The position numbers and the translations under genes were made by a program. Shown here one piece after another: positions 36,168 to 45,380 of a stretch of DNA of 58,041 nt. This DNA comes from an uncultured Erysipelotrichaceae bacterium (GTDB taxonomy: Bacteria > Bacillota_I > Bacilli_A > RF39 > UBA660). The stretch covers positions 1 to 58,041 of the forward strand of contig CACZOQ010000004.1 of NCBI GenBank assembly GCA_902782835.1, in the 5' to 3' direction. The stretch's first letter is position 1. Every line of letters starts with the position of its first letter. The notes below the pieces were generated by a model. That model was not told where the DNA came from, did not search any database, and was given only the letters and a program-made list of their open reading frames with translations.

Positions 36168-38525
36168 TCAAGCATTATAGATTTTAGCAAACATTTCTTC
36201 TAATCGTTTTTGTTTAACATAAGCATTTGATCTGCTATTATTAACTACAGGATTTTCACGAACCTTTTCTGAAATATAAAAATCGATAGATTTCGTTTCT
36301 CTTCTAGCAGATTTTAAACGTAATTTTAAACGATCCCCTAAATAATAAGATTCCATATCATCAATAGAAACTAATGTAAAGGTATCCTGATTAAAAACAA
36401 ATTCTCCTTTAAGAAATCTTGTACGAACATGACCTTTAATGTAATTATCAAGCATTACCGTTAATCCAAAAGAATCAACATCAATAACAGTTCCCTCAAA
36501 TTCTTCAGCTTTATGGTGATTCATAACACTAGCTGCATCCATCTGGTCAACACTTCTTTCCACAGCATCAGCAACTCTTTCCATTGTAGATGCTTGCTCT
36601 GCAAAAATTGGAGCTTGTTCAGACCACATCTGAATAGCTTTTATACGATCTTCCCTATCTTTTGCAGTAGACTTATAATCAATTGGTGTTATTTTAGATC
36701 CTTCTTCTGTGAAAATTGGAATGATTTGAGACCAAGTTTGAAGATCTTGCAAATACTGATCATTTCCATTAACAAAATAACAATCATCAGCAATTCGACT
36801 GTTTGTATCATCAGATAAACGTCTTTCAGGTGAAGTTGTATGACCATATATTTTTTTACCAGTACCATAATGACCCCTATTTAAAGTACTATAATAAGCA
36901 GGAGACATGCAATCACGTAATTGTTCATTTAAAACTGTCTTTAAAGGACCTGACTGATTAATATGTTCTGTTAATAATTGTAATTTTTTATGATCCAGGC
37001 AAATTTCTTCTGCTGAATATTGAAATGGCATATCTATAATATCCAAATATTTTAACAAATTATTTAAACGCTTTTCATTAGGGCTACCATGAACACGATA
37101 AATAACAGGGCATCCGCTCTCTTTCATAATCTCAATTGTATGAGTATTTGCCTCTAGCATTAATTCTTCAATAATACCCTCCGCAATATCATGAATACGG
37201 AAATCAACATCAACAGCTTCTCCATTCTCATAGATAAATCTCGGTTCAGGTATATCAAATTGAATGGCTCCATCCTGAACCCTTTTATCATGTAATCGTT
37301 CTGCAAAATCTTTCATCATCTCTAACGTAGTAGTAAATGGCAAATAATCATCATCTGCAATTCCTTCATGAAAATAATCATTTACTTTTTCATAAGACAT
37401 CGCAAGGCGCGAGTTAATTACGCCTTTTACATAAGCACGCCTAACAACATTTCCCTCTGGATCGTATTCTACTAAAGTGGTTTTTGTTAACCTTTCAACA
37501 TCATGTTCTAGAGAACATATCCCACAACTTAACTTTCGAGGATATTGTGGTTCAACACACCCACCAAAATAGTAGCTATTTCCCTTACGGAAAGCATCTA
37601 AATGAATAGGTGAACCTGTCGGAACAAAATAAGGAGAATCAACAATATGAGCAGCATATAACATGTTTCCATTAGGAAGTTTAAAATAAGAAATACAATC
37701 ATCTTTGTCTTTAACATCTGACCCATCAATCGAAATAACAGGCCAATTTGTAAAATCAAAACGTCCAATTTTATCTTTTAGGGAAATAGATGTAGGAAGA
37801 GCAGCTTCCTGTTCTAAACTATCTTCACTAAAACCATCTGGCATTCCTTTCCTAAAAGCCTCTAATAAAATATCTGCTCGAGGATCATATTTATGATGAA
37901 ACCTTCTTAAAACCGTTCCAATATAAAAATTTTTACTTCTCTCTTCCCCAAGAGAAACAGAGACAATCTCACCTGGTATATAATTTTCTCCTTCTAAAGC
38001 AATTGTAATAATTCTTTGCTTTTTATCAAGTGGCTGTACATAAAATTGACTTCCATTTCGAATAATTTCACCAACAATATTAACAACATTCCGTTCTAAA
38101 ACCCGAACCACAGATGGTTTCTGTCCTCTGCCACCAATATCAATCAATACAATATCTCCATCGAGTGCATAATTGCATTTATCCTTTGTAATAGGATATT
38201 TATGTTCTTTTACAATATGTTCTCCATCTTTTGTTATAAAAGCACTTATTGTTGTAACAAAACCATCCCCACCACGATTAGCAAAAAATCTTCCTTTACG
38301 AAAAGATGTTTTCGTTAATAAAGTATAATAATTATTAGGAGTTTTATAATAATCGCACTTTTCTACTCCAGATGTAAGAATAGTCTTAATCTCTTCCTTA
38401 TCTTGAAAAGATAATTGCTGTTTGATGTGATTCTTCTGAAACAACACTTCAATTCTCTTGCAAATTTTATCAAAATTAACTGGTTTTTTTTCTTTTTTTA
38501 ATACATAATCAATATAATCTTTCAA
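36168..38525 (-). CDS. RNase II/R-family 3'-5' exoribonuclease paralog (RNB plus S1 domains), divergent
   Basis: RNB acidic motif ISIDGSDVKDKDDCISY, degenerate HTTSPERRL, C-terminal S1-like EFEGTVIDVDSFGLTVML. TTG start at 38525, 5 nt after AGGGGGAA. Confidence 0.75.
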   Translation of the reverse strand: MKDYIDYVLKKEKKPVNFDKICKRIEVLFQKNHIKQQLSFQDKEEIKTILTSGVEKCDYYKTPNNYYTLLTKTSFRKGRFFANRGGDGFVTTISAFITKDGEHIVKEHKYPITKDKCNYALDGDIVLIDIGGRGQKPSVVRVLERNVVNIVGEIIRNGSQFYVQPLDKKQRIITIALEGENYIPGEIVSVSLGEERSKNFYIGTVLRRFHHKYDPRADILLEAFRKGMPDGFSEDSLEQEAALPTSISLKDKIGRFDFTNWPVISIDGSDVKDKDDCISYFKLPNGNMLYAAHIVDSPYFVPTGSPIHLDAFRKGNSYYFGGCVEPQYPRKLSCGICSLEHDVERLTKTTLVEYDPEGNVVRRAYVKGVINSRLAMSYEKVNDYFHEGIADDDYLPFTTTLEMMKDFAERLHDKRVQDGAIQFDIPEPRFIYENGEAVDVDFRIHDIAEGIIEELMLEANTHTIEIMKESGCPVIYRVHGSPNEKRLNNLLKYLDIIDMPFQYSAEEICLDHKKLQLLTEHINQSGPLKTVLNEQLRDCMSPAYYSTLNRGHYGTGKKIYGHTTSPERRLSDDTNSRIADDCYFVNGNDQYLQDLQTWSQIIPIFTEEGSKITPIDYKSTAKDREDRIKAIQMWSEQAPIFAEQASTMERVADAVERSVDQMDAASVMNHHKAEEFEGTVIDVDSFGLTVMLDNYIKGHVRTRFLKGEFVFNQDTFTLVSIDDMESYYLGDRLKLRLKSARRETKSIDFYISEKVRENPVVNNSRSNAYVKQKRLEEMFAKIYNA

Positions 38526-38597
38526 CTGAATTCCCCCTAACTGTATAACTAACTTATCATAAAAGTAAATAAAAAAAAAGCATTTAGCCAGATAAAA

Positions 38598-38627
38598 CAA
38601 AAAAAGTTATAATTTTCATTATAACTT
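38598..38627 (-). terminator. rho-independent terminator after the NlpC/P60 gene
   Basis: Perfect 10-bp stem AAGTTATAAT-loop-ATTATAACTT followed on the minus strand by a T run. Confidence 0.75.
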
Positions 38628-39658
38628 TAATTAATTCTTCTAACAGCAATGACATGTGATCCACTACCTCTTGTCCAAGCGGCAACATCACTTGCAATAA
38701 CACCTTGTCTAGGATTAGTAGCATGAACCATCTGACCATTTCCTACATATAAAGCTGAATGAGTTGGAACCCCATCTACATATCCCCAACTTAATATATC
38801 TCCAGGTTGAGCATCTTGATAGCTAACAGGAACTCCTTCACGATACTGAGTAGATGAACTTCTACTAATAGAAATACCAATTCTAGAATAAACATATTGA
38901 ACAAATCCACTACAATCAAATCCATAAGGACCATTAGATCCAGAAATATATGGTGATCCTATTAAAGAATAAGCTATAGATACTAAATCATTCCCATTAA
39001 CATTAGGAGCTGCATTTACATAATATTGAGGTTGGTAAGCTGGAGTCTCAGGTACTACAACAACAGGAGCAACAACTTCTAATATATATGTCATAGAAGA
39101 TGTATTTCCTGCTTTATCTTTAGCAGTTACTTTAATCTCATGTTCTCCAACATTTGATATTTCTTCACGATTGCTATCAATATGATAATAATTGGTACTA
39201 TTCTCATGAACATCTTCTAAATAAGAAATGTCCCCATCAACATCATCTCGAATAAAATCAATATTATTGGATAAATCATAATCATCCCCTTTTGTAATTG
39301 TTACCTTCTCTTCTTTTAAAGATATAATTGGTGCAACAGTATCCACAACAGATATTACAACAGGAACGGTTTTTATAACATTATCTTTCTTAATCTCAAC
39401 GATTGCTTCCTGACTTCCAACAACATTTGTATTAATATCTCTCTTTACAGAGACAATTTTACCATCTACTTTTTGAATCAATTTACTAAGATTATAATTA
39501 GCACTACCATATTCAACAGCAACATTTTCTTTCATAACAACCTTCATATTATTATAAGTATAGTAATTATGATAAACACAACAACTAAACATAATAATAA
39601 AAGATACTAATACCAAGGATAATAATTTTATCTCCGAGGGTACATTTGATTTTTTCAT
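38627..39658 (-). CDS. membrane-anchored NlpC/P60 peptidoglycan endopeptidase with Ig-like domain
   Basis: GFDCSGFVQYVYSRIGISISRSS, PGDILSWG..HSALYVGNGQMVHA. Ig-like GEHEIKVTAKDKAGNTSSMTYILEV. Confidence 0.85.
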   Translation of the reverse strand: MKKSNVPSEIKLLSLVLVSFIIMFSCCVYHNYYTYNNMKVVMKENVAVEYGSANYNLSKLIQKVDGKIVSVKRDINTNVVGSQEAIVEIKKDNVIKTVPVVISVVDTVAPIISLKEEKVTITKGDDYDLSNNIDFIRDDVDGDISYLEDVHENSTNYYHIDSNREEISNVGEHEIKVTAKDKAGNTSSMTYILEVVAPVVVVPETPAYQPQYYVNAAPNVNGNDLVSIAYSLIGSPYISGSNGPYGFDCSGFVQYVYSRIGISISRSSSTQYREGVPVSYQDAQPGDILSWGYVDGVPTHSALYVGNGQMVHATNPRQGVIASDVAAWTRGSGSHVIAVRRIN

Positions 39659-39738
39659 TCAGAATCCTCCTTGAACAAACTATATACTATCATAAATAAA
39701 AAGAAAAGTCAAAAAAAGGAGGCAAAGCACTCCTAGAT

Positions 39739-40572
39739 TCAACGTTTTTCTGCATTATCATAAAACTCTAAAAAACTAGTATAATCGCCATTTCTTTTAC
39801 TGCCTAAAACACAATCTAAATTGACATTATCCAATGCCTTATAAATATTATAATCCACATTAGGATTTGTTTTTTTCATTTTTTCTATAAAGTTCTTAAC
39901 CTCTTTTCGCTTACTAAGTTCTTCATGCTCAACAATGTTTTCTGTAAAACGACAAGCACAGTTTAAAAAAGTTAAAAAATTACTTTTAGCCCATGCCTTA
40001 ACATGCTCTTCTTTTACATAATACAATGGACGAATCAATTCTAATCCCTCAAAATTTTCACTATGCAGTTTCGGCATCATAGTTTTAATTTCTGCCCCAT
40101 AAAACATAGATAAAAGCGTGGTCTCTATCACATCATCAAAATGATGTCCCAAAGCAATTTTATTACAACCCAATTCTTGGGCTTTTTTATAAAGACACCC
40201 TCTACGCATTCTAGCACATAAATAACATGGACTTTTTTCAACATTTTCAACAATTTCAAAAATATCACTATCAAACATCTCTAAAGGAATATTTAAAGTT
40301 TTTGCATTCTCCAAGATTAATTCTTTATTATCTTTACGATATCCAGGATTCATACAAACATAATGAATTTCAAAAGGAAATTTACCATGTTTTTGAATTT
40401 CTTCCATACATTTAGCCAATAGAAAAGAATCTTTTCCACCACTAATACAAACCATAATTCGATCATTTTCCTCTATTAATTGATAATCCATTACAGCCTT
40501 CACAAATTTTCCCCAAATATCTTTGCGATATTTTTTTATAATACTTCTCTCTATTTCTTGATAACGTTCCAT
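39739..40572 (-). CDS. TtcA-family PP-loop ATPase (tRNA thiolation type)
   Basis: VCISGGKDSFLL PP-loop, CYLCARMRRG and LNCACRF cysteine motifs. Confidence 0.7.
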   Translation of the reverse strand: MERYQEIERSIIKKYRKDIWGKFVKAVMDYQLIEENDRIMVCISGGKDSFLLAKCMEEIQKHGKFPFEIHYVCMNPGYRKDNKELILENAKTLNIPLEMFDSDIFEIVENVEKSPCYLCARMRRGCLYKKAQELGCNKIALGHHFDDVIETTLLSMFYGAEIKTMMPKLHSENFEGLELIRPLYYVKEEHVKAWAKSNFLTFLNCACRFTENIVEHEELSKRKEVKNFIEKMKKTNPNVDYNIYKALDNVNLDCVLGSKRNGDYTSFLEFYDNAEKR

Positions 40573-40576
40573 CTTA

Positions 40577-40792
40577 TTATTCTCCTAAAATAGAAAACCC
40601 CAAACTCTCTATTAAATTTTGAACTTCGTCTAAACTCAAATTATCTTTATACGTTATAATAGCTTTTTTGTCTTCTAAAATCACTTTTACAGATTTAACA
40701 TTCGCAATTTTTTTTAATTCTGTAGCAACTCTTTTAGCACAATTATTACAATGCATTCCATCTATTCTAATAGTCATCTTTTTTCCAAACAT
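40577..40792 (-). CDS. heavy-metal-associated (CopZ-like) domain protein
   Basis: IDGMHCNNCAKRV metal-binding motif. Start moved to MFGKKM. Confidence 0.75.
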   Translation of the reverse strand: MFGKKMTIRIDGMHCNNCAKRVATELKKIANVKSVKVILEDKKAIITYKDNLSLDEVQNLIESLGFSILGE

Positions 40793-40828
40793 AAAAAATC
40801 CTTCTTTCACTTCTATTATATCATTCAA

Positions 40829-41329
40829 TTACAATTTCAAGATTTTATTTAATACTTTATGATCATAGAGTACTTCTTCATGATTATCGAAATCAACATC
40901 TGTACTTCTATCTCTACAAAAACAAAAATCATAAGACAAATTATGACAAAACCATTCTAATTTCATAGACGGAATACTTCGTTCCCAATCAGAAGGATAT
41001 TCATTTTCGTATTCACAAAGAACAGATAATATTTCATCCATTTCTCGAGAACTTCGAACATCACAAGATTGATAGACTTTCATACAAGGATTATCATCTT
41101 TCGAACGTTGATCTTCTACTATAATATCACCATCATGTACACAATCTAATTGTTCTAAAAAATCACTATCACCAATAAAAATTAAGCCCTCGCTATAAGA
41201 GGCATAAGCCCCACCTTTTTCATGAATAATCTCATATTTAGATTCTGAATGGGGTTGTTGATAATAAGAACATACTAATAGAACTGCACCTAAAAAAATA
41301 GCTTTTGATTTCCAATTAGACTTTTTCAT
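40829..41329 (-). CDS. putative lipoprotein, Cys-rich, unknown function
   Basis: Signal/lipobox MKKSNWKSKAIFLGAVLLVCS. Confidence 0.5.
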   Translation of the reverse strand: MKKSNWKSKAIFLGAVLLVCSYYQQPHSESKYEIIHEKGGAYASYSEGLIFIGDSDFLEQLDCVHDGDIIVEDQRSKDDNPCMKVYQSCDVRSSREMDEILSVLCEYENEYPSDWERSIPSMKLEWFCHNLSYDFCFCRDRSTDVDFDNHEEVLYDHKVLNKILKL

Positions 41330-41461
41330 ATAAGCCCCCTTCTAGAAAAATATTGATTTCAATCATATATAACTATCATATCATATCACTACAAACATCA
41401 AAAACTATAATAAAAAACTTATAGATATTTATCCATAAGTCTTAATGCTTATATCAAAAGA

Positions 41462-44400
41462 TTAACGTAATATAAAATAGAAAAACAGCCCAGCCAATAA
41501 AGTACCAATCAACAATAAAATACCCGTTTGAACACTAAAATAACCATGACTAGGATTTTCATTTGCATTTTTTTTCTGATAAGCAACTCCTTTTTCATTT
41601 GAATGATTATCTACATTTTTTTGAATACTCATAGATGCCAATTGATCTTGTGCCTTTCTCTTTTTTTCGGGATCCTTCTGATAATTCTCTTCCGTCATTA
41701 ACTTCATAGCCCGAACAACATCTTGTCCATTTTGACAATCATATTCACCTAATCTAGAAACAAAAGAGGAAGCATCTTTTTTTAATTGATTTTTTTTCTC
41801 AACAACAGTTCTAGTCTGACCGACCGAATCACGAATTCTGGTTAACAAGAATTTTTTTTCTTGGAAAGATAGTTTTGAATCATTATCAATCTGATCCAAT
41901 TGTTCTTGTATATGCTCATCAGCTACCTTTTTTGCATCTTCCATTACACCAAATTTTTCCTGTAAAACTTCACTGATCTCTTCTACTGAAGAATCACCTA
42001 ACGAAGACACAACAATACCAGTATAAAGAGAAATTAATTCTGCTTCATCACAAAAACTATTCTTTTTTGTGTTGCGATACATTTCTTGTAATTTTCTATT
42101 TTTCTTTCTCTCTGCCACAACATCATAAGAATCAGAAACAATATGAAGAGGATACAAAGAAGAAGTCATAGTACGCCAAGCAGAATAACTATCAAATGAA
42201 GCAGGATGATGAGCATCCACTCCAAACATCACAGGACATCCTACCTCAGAAGCTATAGATAAAAACATAGAAGAAGGATAAGGGATGTCTCCTTTTTTTG
42301 CCTCTTCACCTAATAAAGCCCCAAAATTAACTTCTACTGGAATTCCTAACTCTTTGGATTTTTCACAAATCATTCGTAACCCTTTTTCAGCATTTTGTAA
42401 ATATTCCTCCCTATTTTCATCAGAAACCATTTTAAGATATTTAAAGAAAAGATCCGGATGTGCAACAATATCAAATATCCCAGTATCCATTCCTTGACAC
42501 ACCATTTCTGCATATTGAATAGGGTAACTAGGATCTTTAAAAGAAACATGACTAAAACCAGAATTCACAAAGTGCTGACCCAAAATCATATAATCAACTT
42601 GGTCTCTAAGTTGAACTAAATAATCCAATTGTGTAGGAACAAACTCAGCTTCAAATCCACAACTAATTTGCATATCAGAATATTGTTTTTGAAGTTTACG
42701 AATATGATCTAAATAAATACTAGCTTCATCATTTCTCATACGTGAAGTTAACACAGGTAATTCAAAGGGAGATGATGGCACATGATCAGAAAAACCTAAT
42801 TTTGTAAAACCATTATTATGAGCACTTTCAATATATTGATCATCCGTAAAAGTAGATGCATGTCCGCAAAGATTCGTATGAGTATGGTAATTAAAATAGG
42901 TCTTAGCATCAGCACCCTTAGAAGTCATATCATCTCTATAATAACCACCATAGAAAGTAGTAATAGGTTCTTTCTGATTCTCAATTCTTATTTTATTTTC
43001 TAAACTAACTCTAAAGTTTTGACAATCTGTTTTACTCCAAATAGTGAATCCACGAATATTACACTCATCCCTTAATGATTCAACAACATCATATACTTCA
43101 GCCATCTTTTTCTGACGTTTCTCCTGGATTTGTTCAGAAGATAATTTAGAATCCATATCTGTCATTGCTAAATCAAATTCTGTAATTTCAATTGGTAACT
43201 CAAAACTACTTAAGCTTTGAAACATCCGCTCCATCTGCTCACGAGTACAAGAATAATCAATATGCATTTGTGTACCAATGCTATCAATTAAGCGAATATC
43301 ATGTTCCTTTTCATAAGCATGAATTTTATCAATAATTTGTTTATTAGCCTTTACTTTTTGAAAATCAATCAAATGATCATCATTATACATAAAATCAACA
43401 TGAGGAAGATTTTTTCTTGCTTGAGCAATAACGTCACATAAATCTTCAACTGACAAGTGCTTTAACCAACCACTCTTTATATTATCAGAAGGGTCTTCAC
43501 CTTGCTCAATATCACCCCTATATTGATAAGGAACATCTCCTTTCATAGGGAAACGATTCAATAATTCATTAAACACATCAACACTACGTACTGTAGCTGG
43601 ATATTTTGCTAAAACTTTAGTGGTTTCATCAACATAACGTAATAATTCTTTTTTTACGATATCATGATTCTTCGGTGTTTTATCTAATTGATACAAAACT
43701 TCCGGACAATCCATATAAAACAGCAATGTATTAATTCGAACAGTCTTGCCTAACCCTTCTGCAAACTTTAAACATTTTTCCAAATGTCTAAAATCACATT
43801 CACCATTTGCTAAAACAATCTTTCCTTGTTTTCCTTCTTCATCAAGGGTAATAGAATTATATTTATGTAAAATCATATCATATAATCTACGATACATGTC
43901 GATAGTAGAACTTTTAATACCTGATTTTTCAACAGGAGAGCAATCACGTAAAACATGACATATTCTAGAAATTTGTTCTGGAGAAAAATAGTCCTGTAAA
44001 TGGGAAAACGTCGGAGAAGGAGAGTTTAATAAATTCAATAATTGTTTTTTCTCTTCTATTGTAAGATCATCAGAAGATAACAAATAATCAATCTTTTTTC
44101 TTAATTCTAAAGAAGGTTCTTGAAAATAATCATTTTTGCCTATTTTTTGATCTAAATATAAATCAAATACCGAAGATACATACTTTTCAAAAGTTATTCC
44201 CCCAGGTAATGAATCCGGTATTTCTAAAGGACATCCAGTAATAGATTGAAAAACATCTCTTAGTTCATCTAAAGACTTAGAATTTGCTATAAAAAGTAAA
44301 TCAATATCCTGTTCATTTAAAGTAATTCCTTGATAATTAAGAGGAATTTCTTCTATTCTTTTCTTTTTTTCTTCAAATAAACATTCAAAAAAATCATCTA

Positions 44401-44557
44401 TATCAGGACGTAAGTCCTCCTCATCAGAAGTAGGAGAAAAATAAGAAGCTAAATATGCAGCTAATTGTTCAAAAGTAACGTTAATTCCTTTATCTTGAAA
44501 ACGCATAACCCAACCTATAATATAATCTTGATATTCTAGTATTTTTTCCTTTGACAT
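41462..44557 (-). CDS. 1031-aa tail-anchored multidomain protein: unknown N-domain, GH10-like TIM barrel, PHP (histidinol-phosphatase-type) domain, C-terminal TM helix
   Basis: GH10-like signposts VDVFNELLN, FMYNDDHL, IDSIGTQMHID, EITEFDLAM. PHP motifs NYHTHTNLCGHAS, GFSDHVP, VAHPDLF, GVDAHHP. C-terminus GILLLIGTLLAGLFFYFILR. No N-terminal signal peptide. Confidence 0.6.
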   Translation of the reverse strand: MSKEKILEYQDYIIGWVMRFQDKGINVTFEQLAAYLASYFSPTSDEEDLRPDIDDFFECLFEEKKKRIEEIPLNYQGITLNEQDIDLLFIANSKSLDELRDVFQSITGCPLEIPDSLPGGITFEKYVSSVFDLYLDQKIGKNDYFQEPSLELRKKIDYLLSSDDLTIEEKKQLLNLLNSPSPTFSHLQDYFSPEQISRICHVLRDCSPVEKSGIKSSTIDMYRRLYDMILHKYNSITLDEEGKQGKIVLANGECDFRHLEKCLKFAEGLGKTVRINTLLFYMDCPEVLYQLDKTPKNHDIVKKELLRYVDETTKVLAKYPATVRSVDVFNELLNRFPMKGDVPYQYRGDIEQGEDPSDNIKSGWLKHLSVEDLCDVIAQARKNLPHVDFMYNDDHLIDFQKVKANKQIIDKIHAYEKEHDIRLIDSIGTQMHIDYSCTREQMERMFQSLSSFELPIEITEFDLAMTDMDSKLSSEQIQEKRQKKMAEVYDVVESLRDECNIRGFTIWSKTDCQNFRVSLENKIRIENQKEPITTFYGGYYRDDMTSKGADAKTYFNYHTHTNLCGHASTFTDDQYIESAHNNGFTKLGFSDHVPSSPFELPVLTSRMRNDEASIYLDHIRKLQKQYSDMQISCGFEAEFVPTQLDYLVQLRDQVDYMILGQHFVNSGFSHVSFKDPSYPIQYAEMVCQGMDTGIFDIVAHPDLFFKYLKMVSDENREEYLQNAEKGLRMICEKSKELGIPVEVNFGALLGEEAKKGDIPYPSSMFLSIASEVGCPVMFGVDAHHPASFDSYSAWRTMTSSLYPLHIVSDSYDVVAERKKNRKLQEMYRNTKKNSFCDEAELISLYTGIVVSSLGDSSVEEISEVLQEKFGVMEDAKKVADEHIQEQLDQIDNDSKLSFQEKKFLLTRIRDSVGQTRTVVEKKNQLKKDASSFVSRLGEYDCQNGQDVVRAMKLMTEENYQKDPEKKRKAQDQLASMSIQKNVDNHSNEKGVAYQKKNANENPSHGYFSVQTGILLLIGTLLAGLFFYFILR

Positions 44558-44642
44558 ATAACCCCTCCAGTATCTATATTCATTATAACAAATTATCTAA
44601 CATTTTATAAAAATATTTTTTATTAATTAATTTTAGCATAAT

Positions 44643-44670
44643 AAAAAAAGATGATAAATCATCTTTTTTT
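44643..44670. terminator. palindromic (bidirectional) terminator
   Basis: AAAAAGATGA-TAAA-TCATCTTTTTTT. Confidence 0.6.
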
Positions 44671-44753
44671 CATAATTTATTAATATATTGTTTTGTATCC
44701 CCTTGAATCAGTAAGAGCGAAAACAACATCTTCTATACTAATACCAATAATCT

Positions 44754-44788
44754 AAAAAAGCATTATTCCCTATCCCTAATGCTTTTTA
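44754..44788. terminator. palindromic terminator downstream of ssrA
   Basis: AAGCATTA-loop-TAATGCTT with A and T runs on both sides. Confidence 0.6.
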
Positions 44789-44867
44789 ATAACTTTGGTT
44801 CTCTCAAATGAAACCTTTACTAAAACGAACCCAGTCCTACATAGACATTGTTCGTATAATTCTCATA

Positions 44868-45247
44868 TGGTGGAACTGAGGAGAATCGAACTCCTGTCCG
44901 AAAATAGAGCTACATAAACTTCTACAAGCTTAGTTAACTAATTATTTTAATATACTTTCCAAGTAATTAACGACCAAGAAAATATACGAGTCTAACAATT
45001 CATTCTATCTTCTAGACAAAAGATAGACATAACCTATAAAAATGAACCTCTAAATAATCCCTAGGTAAAGATTAAAAAGAAGCGCTGGCTCGTCTTATTA
45101 AAGAGCGTATGCAACAGCTTGACGTCCGCCAAACATGTTAGCAACAGCATTTTTTAATTTATTTGCATTTATTTTTTTGTGCCCGTGACGTGGACATTCG
45201 ACCTGCCATCTATGCTCTACTATTCCCGTCGAAACCATATCAGCCCC
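44868..45247 (-). ncRNA. ssrA: transfer-messenger RNA (tmRNA)
   Basis: Minus strand 5' GGGGCTGATATGGTTTCGACGGG. 3' end GGAGTTCGATTCTCCTCAGTTCCACCA with the G3:U acceptor pair. Internal tag frame GCA AAT AAA ... GCT CTT TAA TAA (about 45095-45166) reads ANKLKNAVANMFGGRQAVAYAL. The resume codon is not proven. Confidence 0.93.
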
Positions 45248-45255
45248 ATGCCATA

Positions 45256-45284
45256 ATTATACCATATAATGAGCAATTTGCCAA
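45256..45284 (-). promoter_or_regulatory. sigma-A type promoter of ssrA
   Basis: Minus strand TTGGCA, 17 nt spacer, TATAAT, then 8 nt to the first G of the tmRNA. Confidence 0.7.
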
Positions 45285-45380
45285 GCCAAAAATAATTATC
45301 GTAAAAAGTTGTCTATTGTTGCAAATGCAACATGTACATTTTTTTGATAATGCTATAATAATCGAGGAGGCGAATAAAAA

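Noticed and set aside
38526-38600. Extended N-terminus (MFYLAKCFFFIYFYDKLVIQLGGIQ) of the RNase II paralog
   Set aside because: The hydrophobic extension is translated from the RBS region (AGGGGGAA). The TTG at 38525 has proper spacing and gives an N-terminus comparable to RNase R.
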